DNA of 64,000 nt, taken from Polyangiaceae bacterium (GTDB lineage Bacteria; Myxococcota_A; Polyangia; Polyangiales; Polyangiaceae). The stretch is from assembly GCA_036500865.1 (NCBI GenBank), contig DASYBG010000008.1, positions 73,618 through 137,617 on the forward strand, written 5' to 3'. The position numbers were made by a program, and so were the translations under genes. Positions 18,687 to 29,289 of this stretch are shown here, in pieces; the stretch's first letter is position 1; the number at the start of each line of letters is the position of its first letter. The notes beneath the pieces were generated by a model. That model searched no databases and was not told the DNA's origin. It was given only the letters and a program-made list of their open reading frames with translations.

Positions 18687-19292
18687 CTACTGTCCCTGCG
18701 GAATGAACGCGAGCGGCACGTTCGCGTCGACGCAGCCGCCCCGCGGCGTCGGATACGAGCCGGAGCCGAGGATTCGGGCCGCGCAGTTGGCGACGGCCGG
18801 CGTGCCCATGTCGTTCGAGGACACGTTCACGGAGCAGACGTTGCCCGCGGTGCCGATGCGGACCGCGAGCGACACGTGCCCGCGGAGCGTCGAGTCTCGC
18901 GCCAGCGCCTCGTTGTAACAACGCCGCGCTTGGGCCCCCCGCACTTGCAGGGCCTGGGCGAGCTCCGGCGGGGCGGCGCCGGTGCATTTGCCGTCGCACC
19001 CGCCCGCCTGCACGTAGATGACCTTCGGACCCGTCGCGCCGGACTCGGGCTTCTCTTCGACCGGAGGGGGCGGCGGGACGTCGTCGATCTTCGGGTTGGT
19101 GGGCTCGGCGGTCTGCGCCACGGAAGGCGCGGTCGCGACGGGGCCTGGAGGGGGCGCCTCCTTCGAGCAACTGTTTCGCGAGAAGACGATCGCGACGATT
19201 CCGAGGAGGAGGATCCCCGTCAGAATGCCGTATTTCAAGTTACCGCCCGCGCCGGGTACACCCGCGGGGGGGCGGCTGGAAGGTTGGGTCAT
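18687..19292 (-). CDS. membrane-anchored protein with AgmX/PglI-like (TonB-C-like) C-terminal domain
   Basis: ATG 19292 (MTQPSS). One TM segment (YGILTGILLLGIVAIVF), a Pro-rich linker, and the C-terminal block RCYNEALARDSTLRGHVSLAVRIGTAGNVCSVNV...CVDANVPLAFIPQ. Confidence 0.55.
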   Translation of the reverse strand: MTQPSSRPPAGVPGAGGNLKYGILTGILLLGIVAIVFSRNSCSKEAPPPGPVATAPSVAQTAEPTNPKIDDVPPPPPVEEKPESGATGPKVIYVQAGGCDGKCTGAAPPELAQALQVRGAQARRCYNEALARDSTLRGHVSLAVRIGTAGNVCSVNVSSNDMGTPAVANCAARILGSGSYPTPRGGCVDANVPLAFIPQGQ

Positions 19293-19894
19293 GGGGGAGG
19301 GGTCCTCGCGGCCGGAGGACAAGGAGGGCCGAGTATAGCGGTTTTGTAGATCGCGAGCGCCGTGTCGCCGTACCGGCGCGCGTCGTCGAGCGCAAGCCCT
19401 TCGAGCGTCGGCGCCTCCGTTCGCGCAGCGTGCTCGAGGACGACGCAGGCACCGCCCGACAACGAAGCGGCCGCGATGCACGCGGCGATCGCCCGCGGCG
19501 CGTCGCCCGAGCCGACCAGATCCCACGGCGGATCCGCGAGCACGAGGTCGAACGGTTCCCCGCCCGCCAGGCGCTTGCCCGCGCGGTCGACCGGCATCGC
19601 GAGCACCGTCGTGCGGGCCTCCAGGCCGAGCGACGCAAGGTTGTGCTGGAGGACCGCGAGCGCCTCGCGCGACGTCTCGACGAGGGTCGCGTGGAGGGCG
19701 CCCCGCGACATGGCCTCGCACGACAGCGCGCCCGTGCCCGCATAGAGGTCGAGCACGCGGGCGCCGCGGATCGCCCCCGCGGCCTCGAGCATGCCGAAAA
19801 GGGCTTGCCGGACCCGGTCGGATGTCGGCCGGGTTTCGCGGCCCCGCGGTGCACGGAGCAGCCGGGAACGATAAATTCCGCCGGTGATGCGCAT
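19289..19894 (-). CDS. rsmD: 16S rRNA (guanine966-N2)-methyltransferase RsmD
   Basis: ATG 19894: MRITGGIYRSRLLRAPRGRETRPTSDRVRQALFGML. SAM motif VLDLYAGTGAL and the DPPW motif (VLADPPWDL). ATGA overlap with the next gene. Confidence 0.9.
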   Translation of the reverse strand: MRITGGIYRSRLLRAPRGRETRPTSDRVRQALFGMLEAAGAIRGARVLDLYAGTGALSCEAMSRGALHATLVETSREALAVLQHNLASLGLEARTTVLAMPVDRAGKRLAGGEPFDLVLADPPWDLVGSGDAPRAIAACIAAASLSGGACVVLEHAARTEAPTLEGLALDDARRYGDTALAIYKTAILGPPCPPAARTPPP

Positions 19895-19958
19895 CCGGGA
19901 GGGTCTCGCCGAAGCTCCTTTTGCCCGGGGTGCCTTCCCGGCGCTAGGCTTTTGCACG

Positions 19959-21005
19959 ATGAACCGCTGTCTCGCTTCGGGCGCCGCCGCGCTCTCGGCG
20001 CTCTCTTTGCTCCTTACCGCCCGCCCTTCCCTCGCGGACAGCCCCCCGGCGGGCGGCAACGGCATCTATGTCTTGACCATCCGGACCGACGACGCCGACG
20101 ACCAGGCCGACGCACTGACGCGCGCCCTCCGCGCTCGGGTCAAGCAGGCCGCCGGGTGGTCGCTCCTCGAGACCAACCAGTCGTTCGAGACACTCGCCAT
20201 CGCGCTCAAGTGCCCTCCCAAGCCCGATCCGGCGTGCTTGCTCCGCATCGGCGAGCAGCTCCACACGAACCGGTACATCTGGGGGACGATGGAGCGAAAG
20301 AAGGGGCCGCCGGGCCAGGTCTCCGCCGACATGCACATGTGGTCGCGCGGAAAGCCCGGCGTCGAGACGCGCGGCGTCTTCTCGGACACCGTGAAAGACG
20401 CGGGCGACGAAGGCCTGCAGATGCTCGCCGCGGACATGTTCAACCAGCTCGTCGGTCAGCCGGTGCCTTCGGCGTCCCCGCCTCCCGTCGCCTCGGCTCC
20501 TCCGCTCGCGCCGGCCCCCGCTCCGGCGGCCGCCCCAAGCGCGCAGCCGGCGGACTCGGGCGAGACCATCAGCGTGGGCCACGTCGAACCAGAGTCGAAG
20601 TTTTCGGCGCGGAAGGCGCTCACCTACTCCACGCTCGTGCTCGGCGCGGGCTTCATCGCGGGCGCCATCGTCGAGGCGGCGAGCTGGGTCAGCGACAGCA
20701 ACGCGAGCACCGCCGATCGGCAAAACGTGCCGGTCTCGGTCGTCGACGTTTGCTCCAGTACGAGCGCCTCCGCCGTCGACGCGTGCAACAAGAGCAACGA
20801 CGCGATGAAGGCCTCGACCCTCGGCTGGATCTTCGCCGGCATCGGCGCCGGGCTCGTCGCGACCGGAGTCTCTCTCCTCGTCACCGAGCGCCCCTCGCAG
20901 CCGCGGACGACGGACGAAGCGTCCACCGCGAGCAAGACCCGGGTCGACGTGCTGCCTTCGGTGGGCCCGCGCTCGGGCGCCGTCGGCGTCCGCGTCACCT
21001 TCTGA
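19959..21005 (+). CDS. hypothetical secreted/membrane-anchored protein (348 aa)
   Basis: ATG 19959. Signal-like MNRCLASGAAALSALSLLLTARPSLA. Two C-terminal hydrophobic segments (LVLGAGFIAGAIV; IFAGIGAGLVATGVSLLV). No motif recognised. Confidence 0.6.
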   Translation: MNRCLASGAAALSALSLLLTARPSLADSPPAGGNGIYVLTIRTDDADDQADALTRALRARVKQAAGWSLLETNQSFETLAIALKCPPKPDPACLLRIGEQLHTNRYIWGTMERKKGPPGQVSADMHMWSRGKPGVETRGVFSDTVKDAGDEGLQMLAADMFNQLVGQPVPSASPPPVASAPPLAPAPAPAAAPSAQPADSGETISVGHVEPESKFSARKALTYSTLVLGAGFIAGAIVEAASWVSDSNASTADRQNVPVSVVDVCSSTSASAVDACNKSNDAMKASTLGWIFAGIGAGLVATGVSLLVTERPSQPRTTDEASTASKTRVDVLPSVGPRSGAVGVRVTF

Positions 21006-21010
21006 CGCCG

Positions 21011-21796
21011 TCAGCGCTTGACGTCGAGCACGTCGTCGAGCGTATAGCGCCCGGGGGGTCGGCGCACGATCCATTGCGCGGCGCGCAGCGCGCCCCGGGC
21101 GAAGACGTCGCGCGAGGTCGCCCGGTGCGTGAGCTCGAGCCGCTCGCCGCCGCCCATCAGGTGGACCGTGTGATCTCCGACGACGTCCCCGCCGCGCAGC
21201 GCGTGCATCCCAACCTCGCCCGCGGCGCGGGGACCGGGCCTGCCCTGCCGGCCGTGCACGAGGTTCGTCGCGGCCGTTCGCGCGGCGCGCGCGGCCTCGG
21301 CCAGACGAAGCGCGGTGCCGCTCGGCGCGTCGACCTTCGCCTTGTGATGGACCTCGACGATCTCCAGGTCCCAATCGGGCAGCGCCGCCGCCGCCCGCGC
21401 CACGAGCGCCGCGAGCAGGTGTACGCCCACGCTCATGTTCGGCTCCCAGAGCACGGGCACCACGCCCGCCGCCCGCTCGAGCGCGCGACGCTCCTCGTCG
21501 CCCAAGCCGGTCGTCCCGCTCACGACCGCGCTCCCGGCCGCCGCCGCGATCGCCGCGAGCTCGCGCGTCACCCCCGGCGCGGAGAAATCGACGACCACGT
21601 CGGCGCCGGCCCTCCCGAGCGCGCCGACGTCGGCCACCACGGGCACGCCCATCGTTCCCGCTCCCGCGAGCTCACCCGCGTCGCGCCCCACGTCGCTCGC
21701 GCCGACCGCGCAGACGAGATCCATCCCCGCGCCGGCCGCGAGCCCGACGATCGCGCGGCCCATGCGACCGCTCGCGCCGACCACCGCAAGGCGCAT
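21011..21796 (-). CDS. dapB: 4-hydroxy-tetrahydrodipicolinate reductase
   Basis: MRLAVVGASGRMGR; EIVEVHHKAKVDAPSGTA signature. The start overlaps the dapA stop (ATGA). Confidence 0.95.
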   Translation of the reverse strand: MRLAVVGASGRMGRAIVGLAAGAGMDLVCAVGASDVGRDAGELAGAGTMGVPVVADVGALGRAGADVVVDFSAPGVTRELAAIAAAAGSAVVSGTTGLGDEERRALERAAGVVPVLWEPNMSVGVHLLAALVARAAAALPDWDLEIVEVHHKAKVDAPSGTALRLAEAARAARTAATNLVHGRQGRPGPRAAGEVGMHALRGGDVVGDHTVHLMGGGERLELTHRATSRDVFARGALRAAQWIVRRPPGRYTLDDVLDVKR

Positions 21797-22695
21797 CAGC
21801 CGCGGCCCCGCGCGTAGGCTTCCAGCGTCGCCGCGATGGTCCGCCGGGTGGCTTCCGCGCACGCCACCAGCGGCGGCCGTACGCCGTCGCGCATCATCCC
21901 GCGGACGGCGAGCGCGGTCTTCACGGGCGCCGGATTCGCCTCGAGGAACATCGCGTCGTGCACGGGCAAGAGCGCGAAATGCGCGCTCCGCGCCTCTTCC
22001 GCCTTTCCTTCGAGCGCCAGCTTCGTCGCCCGCACGACCTCGGCCGGGAGCACGTTCGACGTCACGCTGATGACCCCCCGCGCCCCCACGGCGATCATCG
22101 GCAGCGTGAGCGCGTCGTCGCCGCTCAGCACGGCCAGGCGGCCGCCCATGACCTGCGCGATCTTCTGCGTACGAAGCACGTTCCCGGTCGCCTCCTTCAC
22201 GCCGATCACGTTCGGCGCGGCTTCGGCGATGCGGGCGAGCGTCTCCGGCGCGAGGTCGACCACCGACCGGCCCGGGATGTTGTAGAGGACGACCGGCACG
22301 CGCACGCTCTCCGCGATCGCGACGAAGTGGCGGTAGAGGCCCTCCTGCGTCGGCTTGTTGTAGTAGGGGACGACCACCATCACGGCGTCGGCGCCGGCAC
22401 CGGCGGCGTGCTGCGACATCGCAATCGCCTCGGCCGTCGAGTTCGACCCCGTGCCCGCGATGACCTGCAGCCGGCCCTTCACGCGCTTCACGGTCCGCTC
22501 GATGACCTGCGCGTGCTCCTCGTGGGTGAGGGTCGGGCTCTCGCCCGTCGTGCCGCAGGGGACCACGCCGGCCACGCCGCCCGCGATCTGCGCGTCGAGC
22601 AGCTTGTCGAGCGACGCCCAGTCGACGGGCTGGCCGGGCTCGTCGAGGAAGGGGGTGACGAGCGCGGAGTAGGTGCCTTCCAATCGCAAGGTCAT
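21796..22695 (-). CDS. dapA: 4-hydroxy-tetrahydrodipicolinate synthase
   Basis: ATG 22695 (MTLRLEGTYSALVTPF); the track start at 22710 is a TTG. Motifs: GVVPCGTTGESPTLT, active-site Lys context IGVKEATGN. Confidence 0.95.
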   Translation of the reverse strand: MTLRLEGTYSALVTPFLDEPGQPVDWASLDKLLDAQIAGGVAGVVPCGTTGESPTLTHEEHAQVIERTVKRVKGRLQVIAGTGSNSTAEAIAMSQHAAGAGADAVMVVVPYYNKPTQEGLYRHFVAIAESVRVPVVLYNIPGRSVVDLAPETLARIAEAAPNVIGVKEATGNVLRTQKIAQVMGGRLAVLSGDDALTLPMIAVGARGVISVTSNVLPAEVVRATKLALEGKAEEARSAHFALLPVHDAMFLEANPAPVKTALAVRGMMRDGVRPPLVACAEATRRTIAATLEAYARGRG

Positions 22696-22719
22696 CGGTT
22701 CTCGCCGCAAGCTAGCGTG

Positions 22720-24327
22720 TCAGGAGAGGAACGGCGACCGGAGCTCGTCGCCGTTCAATTGCGCGAAGAAGTTGTCGCGACCGCGGAGGTCGTCGAGCCA
22801 CGCCGCCTCGGCCGCCGACATCGCTCCGTCGCCGCCGCCCTCGACCATATCTCCGAGCCGCCTCAGACGGTGCACGTGCGCGCGGATGCGGCTCTCCGAG
22901 TACCGCGCGACCGTCCCCATCTTCAAGATGAAGGGCCAGTCGCTCGACTGCAGCAAGAGGAGCTCCCGTATCAGCTGGTCGAGCGCCTCTCCGCGCCTTC
23001 CCGACAGGCCCCGGTGCTTCTGCACCAGCCAGCGCCCGTACCTCGTCGCGTGGTGCACGTGCCGCCACGTCCACGCCGCCTCCTGGCCGACCCACACCTC
23101 GCCGTAACCGCCCGCGCCCCAGGAGCTCGGGCTGGGCGTCGCCTGCACGAGCAGCGGGTGCCGCCTCAGGTACTCCGCCAGCGTGATCGCCTCGAGCCCG
23201 GACGACCCGTCGTGGACCTTCCGGAAGATCGCCTCGAGAAACATCGGCCCCTCGAACCACCAGTGCCCGAAGAGCTCCGCGTCGTACGGTGCGACGAGGA
23301 TCGGCGGCACCGGCATCCCCGCCGCGCGCGCCGCCGCCTCTTGCGCGCGGTTGTGGACGAAGTTCTCCGCGTGATCGCGGGCCTTCTGCGCCGCGACTCC
23401 CGGCTGATACGGCTGCTTGTCCGGGTCGTTGCCCGTGATTCGGTAGTACTTCAGCCCCGTCATGAGGCGCGATCCGTCGCCGGCCACCTCGCCGTCGAGC
23501 TCCGAGACGGGCAGGTCGAAGCCGATGTCGCGGTAGAAGTCGCGGTAGTACGCGTCTCCGGGGTAGCCCTCTTCGCGCGACCAAACCTGCTTGCTCGACG
23601 CGACGTCGCGCCCGAAGAACGCGACGCCGTTCGGACTGCAGAGCGGCGCGTGCACGCCGAACGGAGGCCGCGGCCGCGCGTGGAGAATGCCGTGCGTGTC
23701 GACCACCGTGAAGCGGATGCCCGCGCGCGCGATCTCGTCGTCGAAGCTCGGGTGGTACGCGCACTCGGCGAGCCACGCCCCGGTCGGCCGCCGCCCCACG
23801 ATGCGCTCGAACCCGCGCACCCCGAGCTCGAGCTGCAGGCGGATGCCCTCCCGCGCCGCGAGCATGCCCGGGAGGTAGCAGTGTGTCGCCGAGCAGGTGA
23901 GGAGCTCGAGCCGCCTCGCGTCCCAGTGGCGCACGAACCCCGCGAGCACGTTCCCGTGATGCCGATCCCAGACCGCGCGCATGCGGGCGAAATGGTCCCG
24001 ATAGAACGTCGCGATGGGCGCGAACCGCTCGTCCCCCCAGAGCCGCTTCATCTCCCGCTCGGCCAGGGCCTCGATGCGCGCGAGGTGCTCGTGGAACCGC
24101 ACCTGGAGCAGCGGGTCGGTCATCATCGACGCGAGCGGAGGGGTGATGCTCATCGTCAGCGCGAACGGCGTGCCGTCCGCGGCCAGGCGATCGAAGACGT
24201 CGAGGAGCGGGAGATAACACTCGACGAGCGCCTCGTAGAACCACCGCTCCTCGAGGTGCCGCGCGTGCTCGGGGTGGCGCACGAAGGGGAGGTGCGCGTG
24301 AAGGACGATCGCGAGGTAGTTCGCCAT
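22720..24327 (-). CDS. glycoside hydrolase family 57 protein (1,4-alpha-glucan branching enzyme type)
   Basis: [20 protein letters not shown]...[14 protein letters not shown] is the typical GH57/DUF1957 N-terminus. 535 aa. Confidence 0.85.
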   Translation of the reverse strand: MANYLAIVLHAHLPFVRHPEHARHLEERWFYEALVECYLPLLDVFDRLAADGTPFALTMSITPPLASMMTDPLLQVRFHEHLARIEALAEREMKRLWGDERFAPIATFYRDHFARMRAVWDRHHGNVLAGFVRHWDARRLELLTCSATHCYLPGMLAAREGIRLQLELGVRGFERIVGRRPTGAWLAECAYHPSFDDEIARAGIRFTVVDTHGILHARPRPPFGVHAPLCSPNGVAFFGRDVASSKQVWSREEGYPGDAYYRDFYRDIGFDLPVSELDGEVAGDGSRLMTGLKYYRITGNDPDKQPYQPGVAAQKARDHAENFVHNRAQEAAARAAGMPVPPILVAPYDAELFGHWWFEGPMFLEAIFRKVHDGSSGLEAITLAEYLRRHPLLVQATPSPSSWGAGGYGEVWVGQEAAWTWRHVHHATRYGRWLVQKHRGLSGRRGEALDQLIRELLLLQSSDWPFILKMGTVARYSESRIRAHVHRLRRLGDMVEGGGDGAMSAAEAAWLDDLRGRDNFFAQLNGDELRSPFLS

Positions 24328-24397
24328 GTTGGGCGCGGCTGAGGCTGCGAGCCGAGACCTCGCCGTAGCACGAGGTCATGGCCCGGGGGACGCGAGC

Positions 24398-24426
24398 TTT
24401 ACAAAGGGAGAGCTCCCCCCTACATT
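24398..24426 (+). promoter_or_regulatory. candidate sigma70-type promoter of rplU-rpmA
   Basis: TTTACA (24398-24403), 17-nt spacer, TACATT (24421-24426), about 50 nt upstream of the rplU ATG. AAGAGGG SD before the ATG. Confidence 0.5.
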
Positions 24427-24478
24427 CCCGGTCCCCGCCGCCGCCCGCCATGGGCGCGGCACTTCAAGAGGGCCAATC

Positions 24479-24787
24479 ATGTACGCGGTGTTCAAGACGG
24501 GCGGCAAGCAGTACCGGGTCGAGAAGGGTGACCGCCTTCGGGTCGAGAAGCTCCCCGGAGGCGTCGGCGACGCGGTCACGTTCGACGAGGTGCTCCTCGT
24601 CGCGGGGGACGCGCTGAAGCTCGGCAAGCCCGTCGTCAGCGGAGCGAAGGTCGAAGCGAAGATCGTCGACCAGGGCCTCGGCCCGAAGATCATCGTCTTC
24701 AAGTTCCGGCGCCGCAAGAACTACCGTCGCAAGAACGGCCATCGCCAGCCGTTCACCGCGCTCGAAATCACCAATATCCTTTCCTGA
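24479..24787 (+). CDS. rplU: 50S ribosomal protein L21
   Basis: [18 protein letters not shown]...[17 protein letters not shown]. Confidence 0.98.
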   Translation: MYAVFKTGGKQYRVEKGDRLRVEKLPGGVGDAVTFDEVLLVAGDALKLGKPVVSGAKVEAKIVDQGLGPKIIVFKFRRRKNYRRKNGHRQPFTALEITNILS

Positions 24788-24800
24788 GAGAGACGCATCC

Positions 24801-25061
24801 ATGGCGCACAAAAAAGGTGCAGGCAGCACGCGCAACGGGCGCGACTCCAACTCGCAAAAGCGGGGCGTGAAGGTCTACGGCGGCGAAGCCGTCACGGCCG
24901 GCAGCGTCCTCGTTCGCCAAGTGGGGACGACCATCCACGCCGGCAGGAACGTCGGGCTCGGGAAGGACTTCACCCTCTTCGCCCTCGTGGACGGCGTCGT
25001 GAAGTACGAGTGGCGTTCGCGGACCCAGCGCAAAGTGTCCGTGTATCCCGCGACCGTGTGA
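24801..25061 (+). CDS. rpmA: 50S ribosomal protein L27
   Basis: [28 protein letters not shown]. Confidence 0.98.
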   Translation: MAHKKGAGSTRNGRDSNSQKRGVKVYGGEAVTAGSVLVRQVGTTIHAGRNVGLGKDFTLFALVDGVVKYEWRSRTQRKVSVYPATV

Positions 25062-25909
25062 CCGCCCCGCGACTCATCGCCGTCGATCTCGACGGTACGC
25101 TCCTCGACCCGCGCGGCCAGGCCCACGCGCACGACGTGAGGGCGCTGCGTTCGGCGATCGAGCACGGCGTGCGCGTCAGCATCGTCACCGGCCGCCTCTA
25201 CTCCGGCACGCGGCCGACGGCGGAGGCCCTCGGCCTTCGCGGCCCCGTCGGGTGCGCCGACGGGAGCCACGTCGTGCGCGCGGACTCCCACACGACCCTC
25301 TTCCATCTCGGCGTCGGCGGCGCCGAGGCCCTCCGCCTGCGCGACGCCCTCGCGCGTGCGGGCGTCGTCACCTTCGTCTTCGCGGAGGACGCGATCGGCC
25401 ACGACGCGGCCGGCGCCGCGTTCGTCGAGTACGCCACCACGTGGTCGAAGGACCTGCGCGGAGTCGCCGACGTCTTCGAGCACCCCCTCTGGGCGACCGA
25501 GGGCGGCGTCACCGCCGTGATCGCGCTCGGCCCGCTCGATCGCCTCGGACCCGCCCTCGACCAGATCGCGCGCGAGCTGTCGACCGCGGCGGTCGTCGCC
25601 AAGTTCCCCGTCCGCCGGCACGCCCATACGGGCACCTGGGCCGCCATCATTCGCGCGGCCGGGGCCACCAAGGGCACCGCGCTCCGCTGGATCGCCGAGC
25701 ACCAGGGCGTCGCCCTGGCCGACACCGTGTGCGTCGGCGACTGGATCAACGACGTTCCCATGTTCGAGCTCGCCGGCCGGTCTTTCGTCATGGGCCAGGC
25801 GCCCGACGAGGTAAAGGCGAAGGCGACCGACGTTCTCGTCGAGACGGTAGAGAACGGTGGGGGTGTGGCGCGGGCGATCGAAGCGGCCTTCGGGATCACG
25901 CAAACCTAG
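25058..25909 (+). CDS. HAD-IIB (Cof-type) phosphatase
   Basis: GTG 25058 overlaps the rpmA stop (GTGA). Motif [11 protein letters not shown], motif [12 protein letters not shown]. The track start at 25010 lies inside rpmA. Confidence 0.8.
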   Translation: MTAPRLIAVDLDGTLLDPRGQAHAHDVRALRSAIEHGVRVSIVTGRLYSGTRPTAEALGLRGPVGCADGSHVVRADSHTTLFHLGVGGAEALRLRDALARAGVVTFVFAEDAIGHDAAGAAFVEYATTWSKDLRGVADVFEHPLWATEGGVTAVIALGPLDRLGPALDQIARELSTAAVVAKFPVRRHAHTGTWAAIIRAAGATKGTALRWIAEHQGVALADTVCVGDWINDVPMFELAGRSFVMGQAPDEVKAKATDVLVETVENGGGVARAIEAAFGITQT

Positions 25910-26005
25910 GCTGCCCGGGTACGCGTCGCTCTCTCTCCGCGCTCGAGGGTGCGGACTAGCGCTTGAAAGCGCTCGCGGTTTGGGCCACTGTGAAGGCAAG
26001 TGAAT

Positions 26006-28810
26006 ATGACTTTCAACTTCGAGGCCGCGCCCGAGGTTGTGACCCCCGCCACGCGCGAAAGCGCGCAGGCCGTGGCGGGTGAACCAGCGGAGCCGGTGCC
26101 GCGGCGCCGCGCGCTCCTCGTCGGCCAGCCCAACGTCGGCAAGAGCGTCGTCTTCGGTGCTCTCACCGGGACCTACGTCACCGTCAGCAACTATCCGGGT
26201 ACCACCGTCGAGGTGGCCCGGGGCCGCGCGCGCTTCGGCGAGCACCTGTGGGAGGTCGTCGATACGCCCGGCACGCACAACCTCGTGCCGATGAGCGAAG
26301 ACGAGTCGGTCACGCGCGACATCCTCCTCGCCGAGACGCACGACGCCGTCATCCAGGTCGGCGACGCGAAGGGCCTGAGCCGCACGCTCCTGCTCACGCT
26401 GCAGCTCGCCGAGCTCGGCATCCCCTTTTGCCTCGACCTCAACATGCTCGACGAAGCCCGGGCGCGGGGCGTTCGCGTCGATCTCGCCGCGCTCGAGCGC
26501 GAGCTCTCGGGCGTGAGCGTCAACGCGTCGACCGCCACCGAAGGCGAGGGGCTCGACGCCGTGCGCGCCTACCTCGCCTCGAGCCACGGCGCGCCCACGG
26601 CGGCAGGCGCCCCCATCGCGCGCGCGCCGCTGCCGTGCGCCCCGGCGTTCCCCGCCGACATCGAGGCCGCGATCGCCGACATCGAATCCCACATCGAGGT
26701 CACGCTGCCCGTCGCCAAGCGGGGCGTCGCCACGATGCTCCTCGGCGGAGAGCGCGGCATCGCCGCCGGCCTCGATACCGTCGTCGGCGAAGCGGCCAAG
26801 CGGATCGCCGAGGAGCACGCCCGCGTTCTCGCCCGGGCCCACGGCGTCCCGGTGTTCGCGCTCCTCAGCCGCCTTCGCCTCGCCCGCGCCCAGGCCATCA
26901 CCCGCCTCGTCCAGTCGCGCGACGGCCGCGCCGCCGGCCGCGCCCACGAAGGCCATGTGGGGATCGGCCCGGCTGTCGCGCTCGCCGCCGGCGCCTCGCT
27001 CGCCGCCGCGCTCACGTACGCGGGCGCCGTCGCGCGGGTGCACGTCCGTCACGCGCGCGTCGACCCTCTCGCCGACTACGGGTTTTTCGACGTCGTCGCG
27101 CGCTTCTTCTCGCGCGATCTCGTCGCCGGTTGGACGTGGCCGACCCTCTTCTTCTGGGCGGCCGCCACCGCCCTCGGCACCGTCCTCGTCCGCCGCCACG
27201 CTCGGCTGCGCTCGTCGGCGTGGAAGCTCGTCGGCGCGTTCACCGCGGGCTGGATGGTCTACTTCTTCGCCACCGCCGCCGCGTGGCTCGCTACCCGCAG
27301 CTACCCCGCGTGGACCGTCCACGCCGGCGCGCTCGCGGGCCTCGGCGCCCTCGGTCTCGCTGCCGCCGCGGGAGACAAGGAAGACGCGCCGATCTCGCGA
27401 TGGCTCGGCCGTGTCGCCACCGACCCCGTGTGGGGCCTGCCGATCGTCGGCGTCGTGCTCCTCCTCGCGTACAAGATCGTCGGCAGCTTCGGCGCGGGGA
27501 CCGCCGTCGACTTCGTCGAAAACCACGTCTTCGGCGCCACCCTCGCGAGCGCGTCCCTCGACGCCGCTCCGGTCGCCGACCCGTCTGCCGTCGACACGGC
27601 CGACGACGGCGCGCGCCGCCTCGTCGTCTCGCCCGACGGCCCTGGCAAGGTCCGCGTGGACGCGCAGATCAAGGCCGACGGTGTCTACGTCGCCGACCCG
27701 ACCGCCCGGGTCGACGTCTACGCTCCCCACGCGCGCGTCACGCGGGACCCCGCCGGCGCCGTCGTCGAAGGCGACCTTCACGGCGCCGAGGCGCGCATTT
27801 GGGGCGGCTTCGTCAACCGCGCCGCCTTCTCCCTGTTCGCGTGGATCGGCATACCGCTCGTCACCGCGTTCTTCGTCGGGCCCTATGGCATGCTCACGAT
27901 GGGCGTCACCTACGCGGTCGCCATCGTCCTGCCCGTCGTCACCACGTTCTTCTTCGTCTTCTCCGTCCTCGAAGACTCGGGCTATCTGCCGCGGCTCGCC
28001 GTGATGTCGAACCGGGTGCTCCGGAGCATGGGCCTCAACGGCAAGGCCGTGCTCCCGATGGTGCTCGGCCTCGGCTGCGACACGATGGCCACGCTCACCG
28101 CCCGCATCCTCGAGACGCGCAAGGAGCGCGTCCTCGTCACGTTGCTCCTCGCGCTGGGCGTCCCGTGCTCGTCGCAGCTCAGCGTCATCTTCGCGCTCAT
28201 GCAGCGCACGTCGGCCGCGGCGACCTTCGTCTGGGTGGGGGTGGTGGTCGGCACGCTGCTCCTCGTCGGGTGGGTGGCCGCGCGCGCGCTCCCCGGCGAC
28301 CGGAGCGACTTCCTCCTCGAGATGCCGCCCATCCGCCAGCCGATGGTCTCGAACATCCTCGCCAAGACCATGGCCCGCATCGAGTGGTACCTGAGGGAGG
28401 CCGTCCCGCTCTTTCTCGCCGGCACGGCCCTGCTCTTCGTCCTCGACGCGTTCCACCTCCTCGTCTTCGTCCACAAGGCCGGCGAGCCGATCGTCCACCA
28501 CTTCCTCGGCTTCCCGCGGGGCGGCGCCGTCTCCGACCGCGTGAGCGAGGCCCTCCTCGTCGGCTTTCTGCGCCGCGACTTCGGCGCCGCCGGCCTGCTC
28601 GACCTCGCCCGCGCCGGCCGCCTCTCGAGCGCCGACATCGCCGTCTCGATGGTGACCATCACGCTCTTCATCCCCTGCATCGCGAACGTCTTCATGATCG
28701 CCAAGGAGCGCGGCTGGAAGACGGCGGGCGCGATGAGCGCGTTCATCTTCCCTTACGCGGTCGCCGTCGGCGCCGTCGTGCGTGCGGGCTTTCGGGCCTT
28801 CGGAGGTTAG
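26006..28810 (+). CDS. feoB: ferrous iron transporter FeoB (unusually long, about 934 aa)
   Basis: G-domain motifs: G1 GQPNVGKS, G2 YPGTTVE, G3 DTPG, G4 NMLD. C-terminal polytopic gate domains ([18 protein letters not shown]...). Extra hydrophobic and soluble segments lie between the G/helical domains and the canonical membrane core. A GTG at 26000 is an alternative start. Confidence 0.92.
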   Translation: MTFNFEAAPEVVTPATRESAQAVAGEPAEPVPRRRALLVGQPNVGKSVVFGALTGTYVTVSNYPGTTVEVARGRARFGEHLWEVVDTPGTHNLVPMSEDESVTRDILLAETHDAVIQVGDAKGLSRTLLLTLQLAELGIPFCLDLNMLDEARARGVRVDLAALERELSGVSVNASTATEGEGLDAVRAYLASSHGAPTAAGAPIARAPLPCAPAFPADIEAAIADIESHIEVTLPVAKRGVATMLLGGERGIAAGLDTVVGEAAKRIAEEHARVLARAHGVPVFALLSRLRLARAQAITRLVQSRDGRAAGRAHEGHVGIGPAVALAAGASLAAALTYAGAVARVHVRHARVDPLADYGFFDVVARFFSRDLVAGWTWPTLFFWAAATALGTVLVRRHARLRSSAWKLVGAFTAGWMVYFFATAAAWLATRSYPAWTVHAGALAGLGALGLAAAAGDKEDAPISRWLGRVATDPVWGLPIVGVVLLLAYKIVGSFGAGTAVDFVENHVFGATLASASLDAAPVADPSAVDTADDGARRLVVSPDGPGKVRVDAQIKADGVYVADPTARVDVYAPHARVTRDPAGAVVEGDLHGAEARIWGGFVNRAAFSLFAWIGIPLVTAFFVGPYGMLTMGVTYAVAIVLPVVTTFFFVFSVLEDSGYLPRLAVMSNRVLRSMGLNGKAVLPMVLGLGCDTMATLTARILETRKERVLVTLLLALGVPCSSQLSVIFALMQRTSAAATFVWVGVVVGTLLLVGWVAARALPGDRSDFLLEMPPIRQPMVSNILAKTMARIEWYLREAVPLFLAGTALLFVLDAFHLLVFVHKAGEPIVHHFLGFPRGGAVSDRVSEALLVGFLRRDFGAAGLLDLARAGRLSSADIAVSMVTITLFIPCIANVFMIAKERGWKTAGAMSAFIFPYAVAVGAVVRAGFRAFGG

Positions 28811-28813
28811 TCG

Positions 28814-29017
28814 ATGATCGATTGCGGGATGTGCGGTCACTCGTTCACCAAGAGCGAAGGCGCGGCCTGTCAGGGCGGCTGCCCGATGTCGAAGGGCTGC
28901 GGAATGGTGACGTGCCCCTCGTGCGGCTACGAGTTCCCCCCCGAGTCGAAGCTCGTGACCCTCCTCACGAACCTCGTGCGCCGCCGCGGTTTGCGCGGCG
29001 CCCAGGCCGCGGAATGA
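28814..29017 (+). CDS. small Cys-rich zinc-ribbon-like protein (67 aa)
   Basis: [41 protein letters not shown]: 7 Cys including two CxxC pairs. It starts 3 nt after the feoB stop, and its own stop overlaps the feoA ATG. Confidence 0.65.
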   Translation: MIDCGMCGHSFTKSEGAACQGGCPMSKGCGMVTCPSCGYEFPPESKLVTLLTNLVRRRGLRGAQAAE

Positions 29018-29289
29018 CGCGCGGCGCGGGACCTGTGCCCGTCACGACGAGGAAGCTCGTCGCGTGTCGTCCCGGCGAGCGCATCGTCGTCGGCGCCGTC
29101 GAAGGGAGCGCGGCGCGCGTCGACCGCCTCGCCTCGCTCGGAATCCTGCCGGGCGTGGAGCTCACGGTGCAGCAGACGCGGCCCGTCGTCGTCGTCGAGT
29201 CCGACGAGACCGTCCTCGCCCTCGACCGGGAGATCGCGGCGGACGTGGTCGCCCTCCGCATCGACGAAGCCGCGGGCTCCGCCCCGTGA
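29014..29289 (+). CDS. feoA: FeoA family protein
   Basis: ATG 29014 in the tail of shadow ORF 26248..29289. [67 protein letters not shown] fits the FeoA SH3-like pattern. Confidence 0.85.
   Translation: MTRGAGPVPVTTRKLVACRPGERIVVGAVEGSAARVDRLASLGILPGVELTVQQTRPVVVVESDETVLALDREIAADVVALRIDEAAGSAP

Noticed and set aside
25958-25973. The inverted repeat AGCGCTTGAAAGCGCT upstream of feoB as a terminator or Fur box.
   Set aside because: It forms only a 5-bp stem with a realistic loop and has a weak downstream T-tract. It is GC-rich and unlike the AT-rich Fur consensus. It may still be an operator for an unknown regulator, but the evidence is insufficient.
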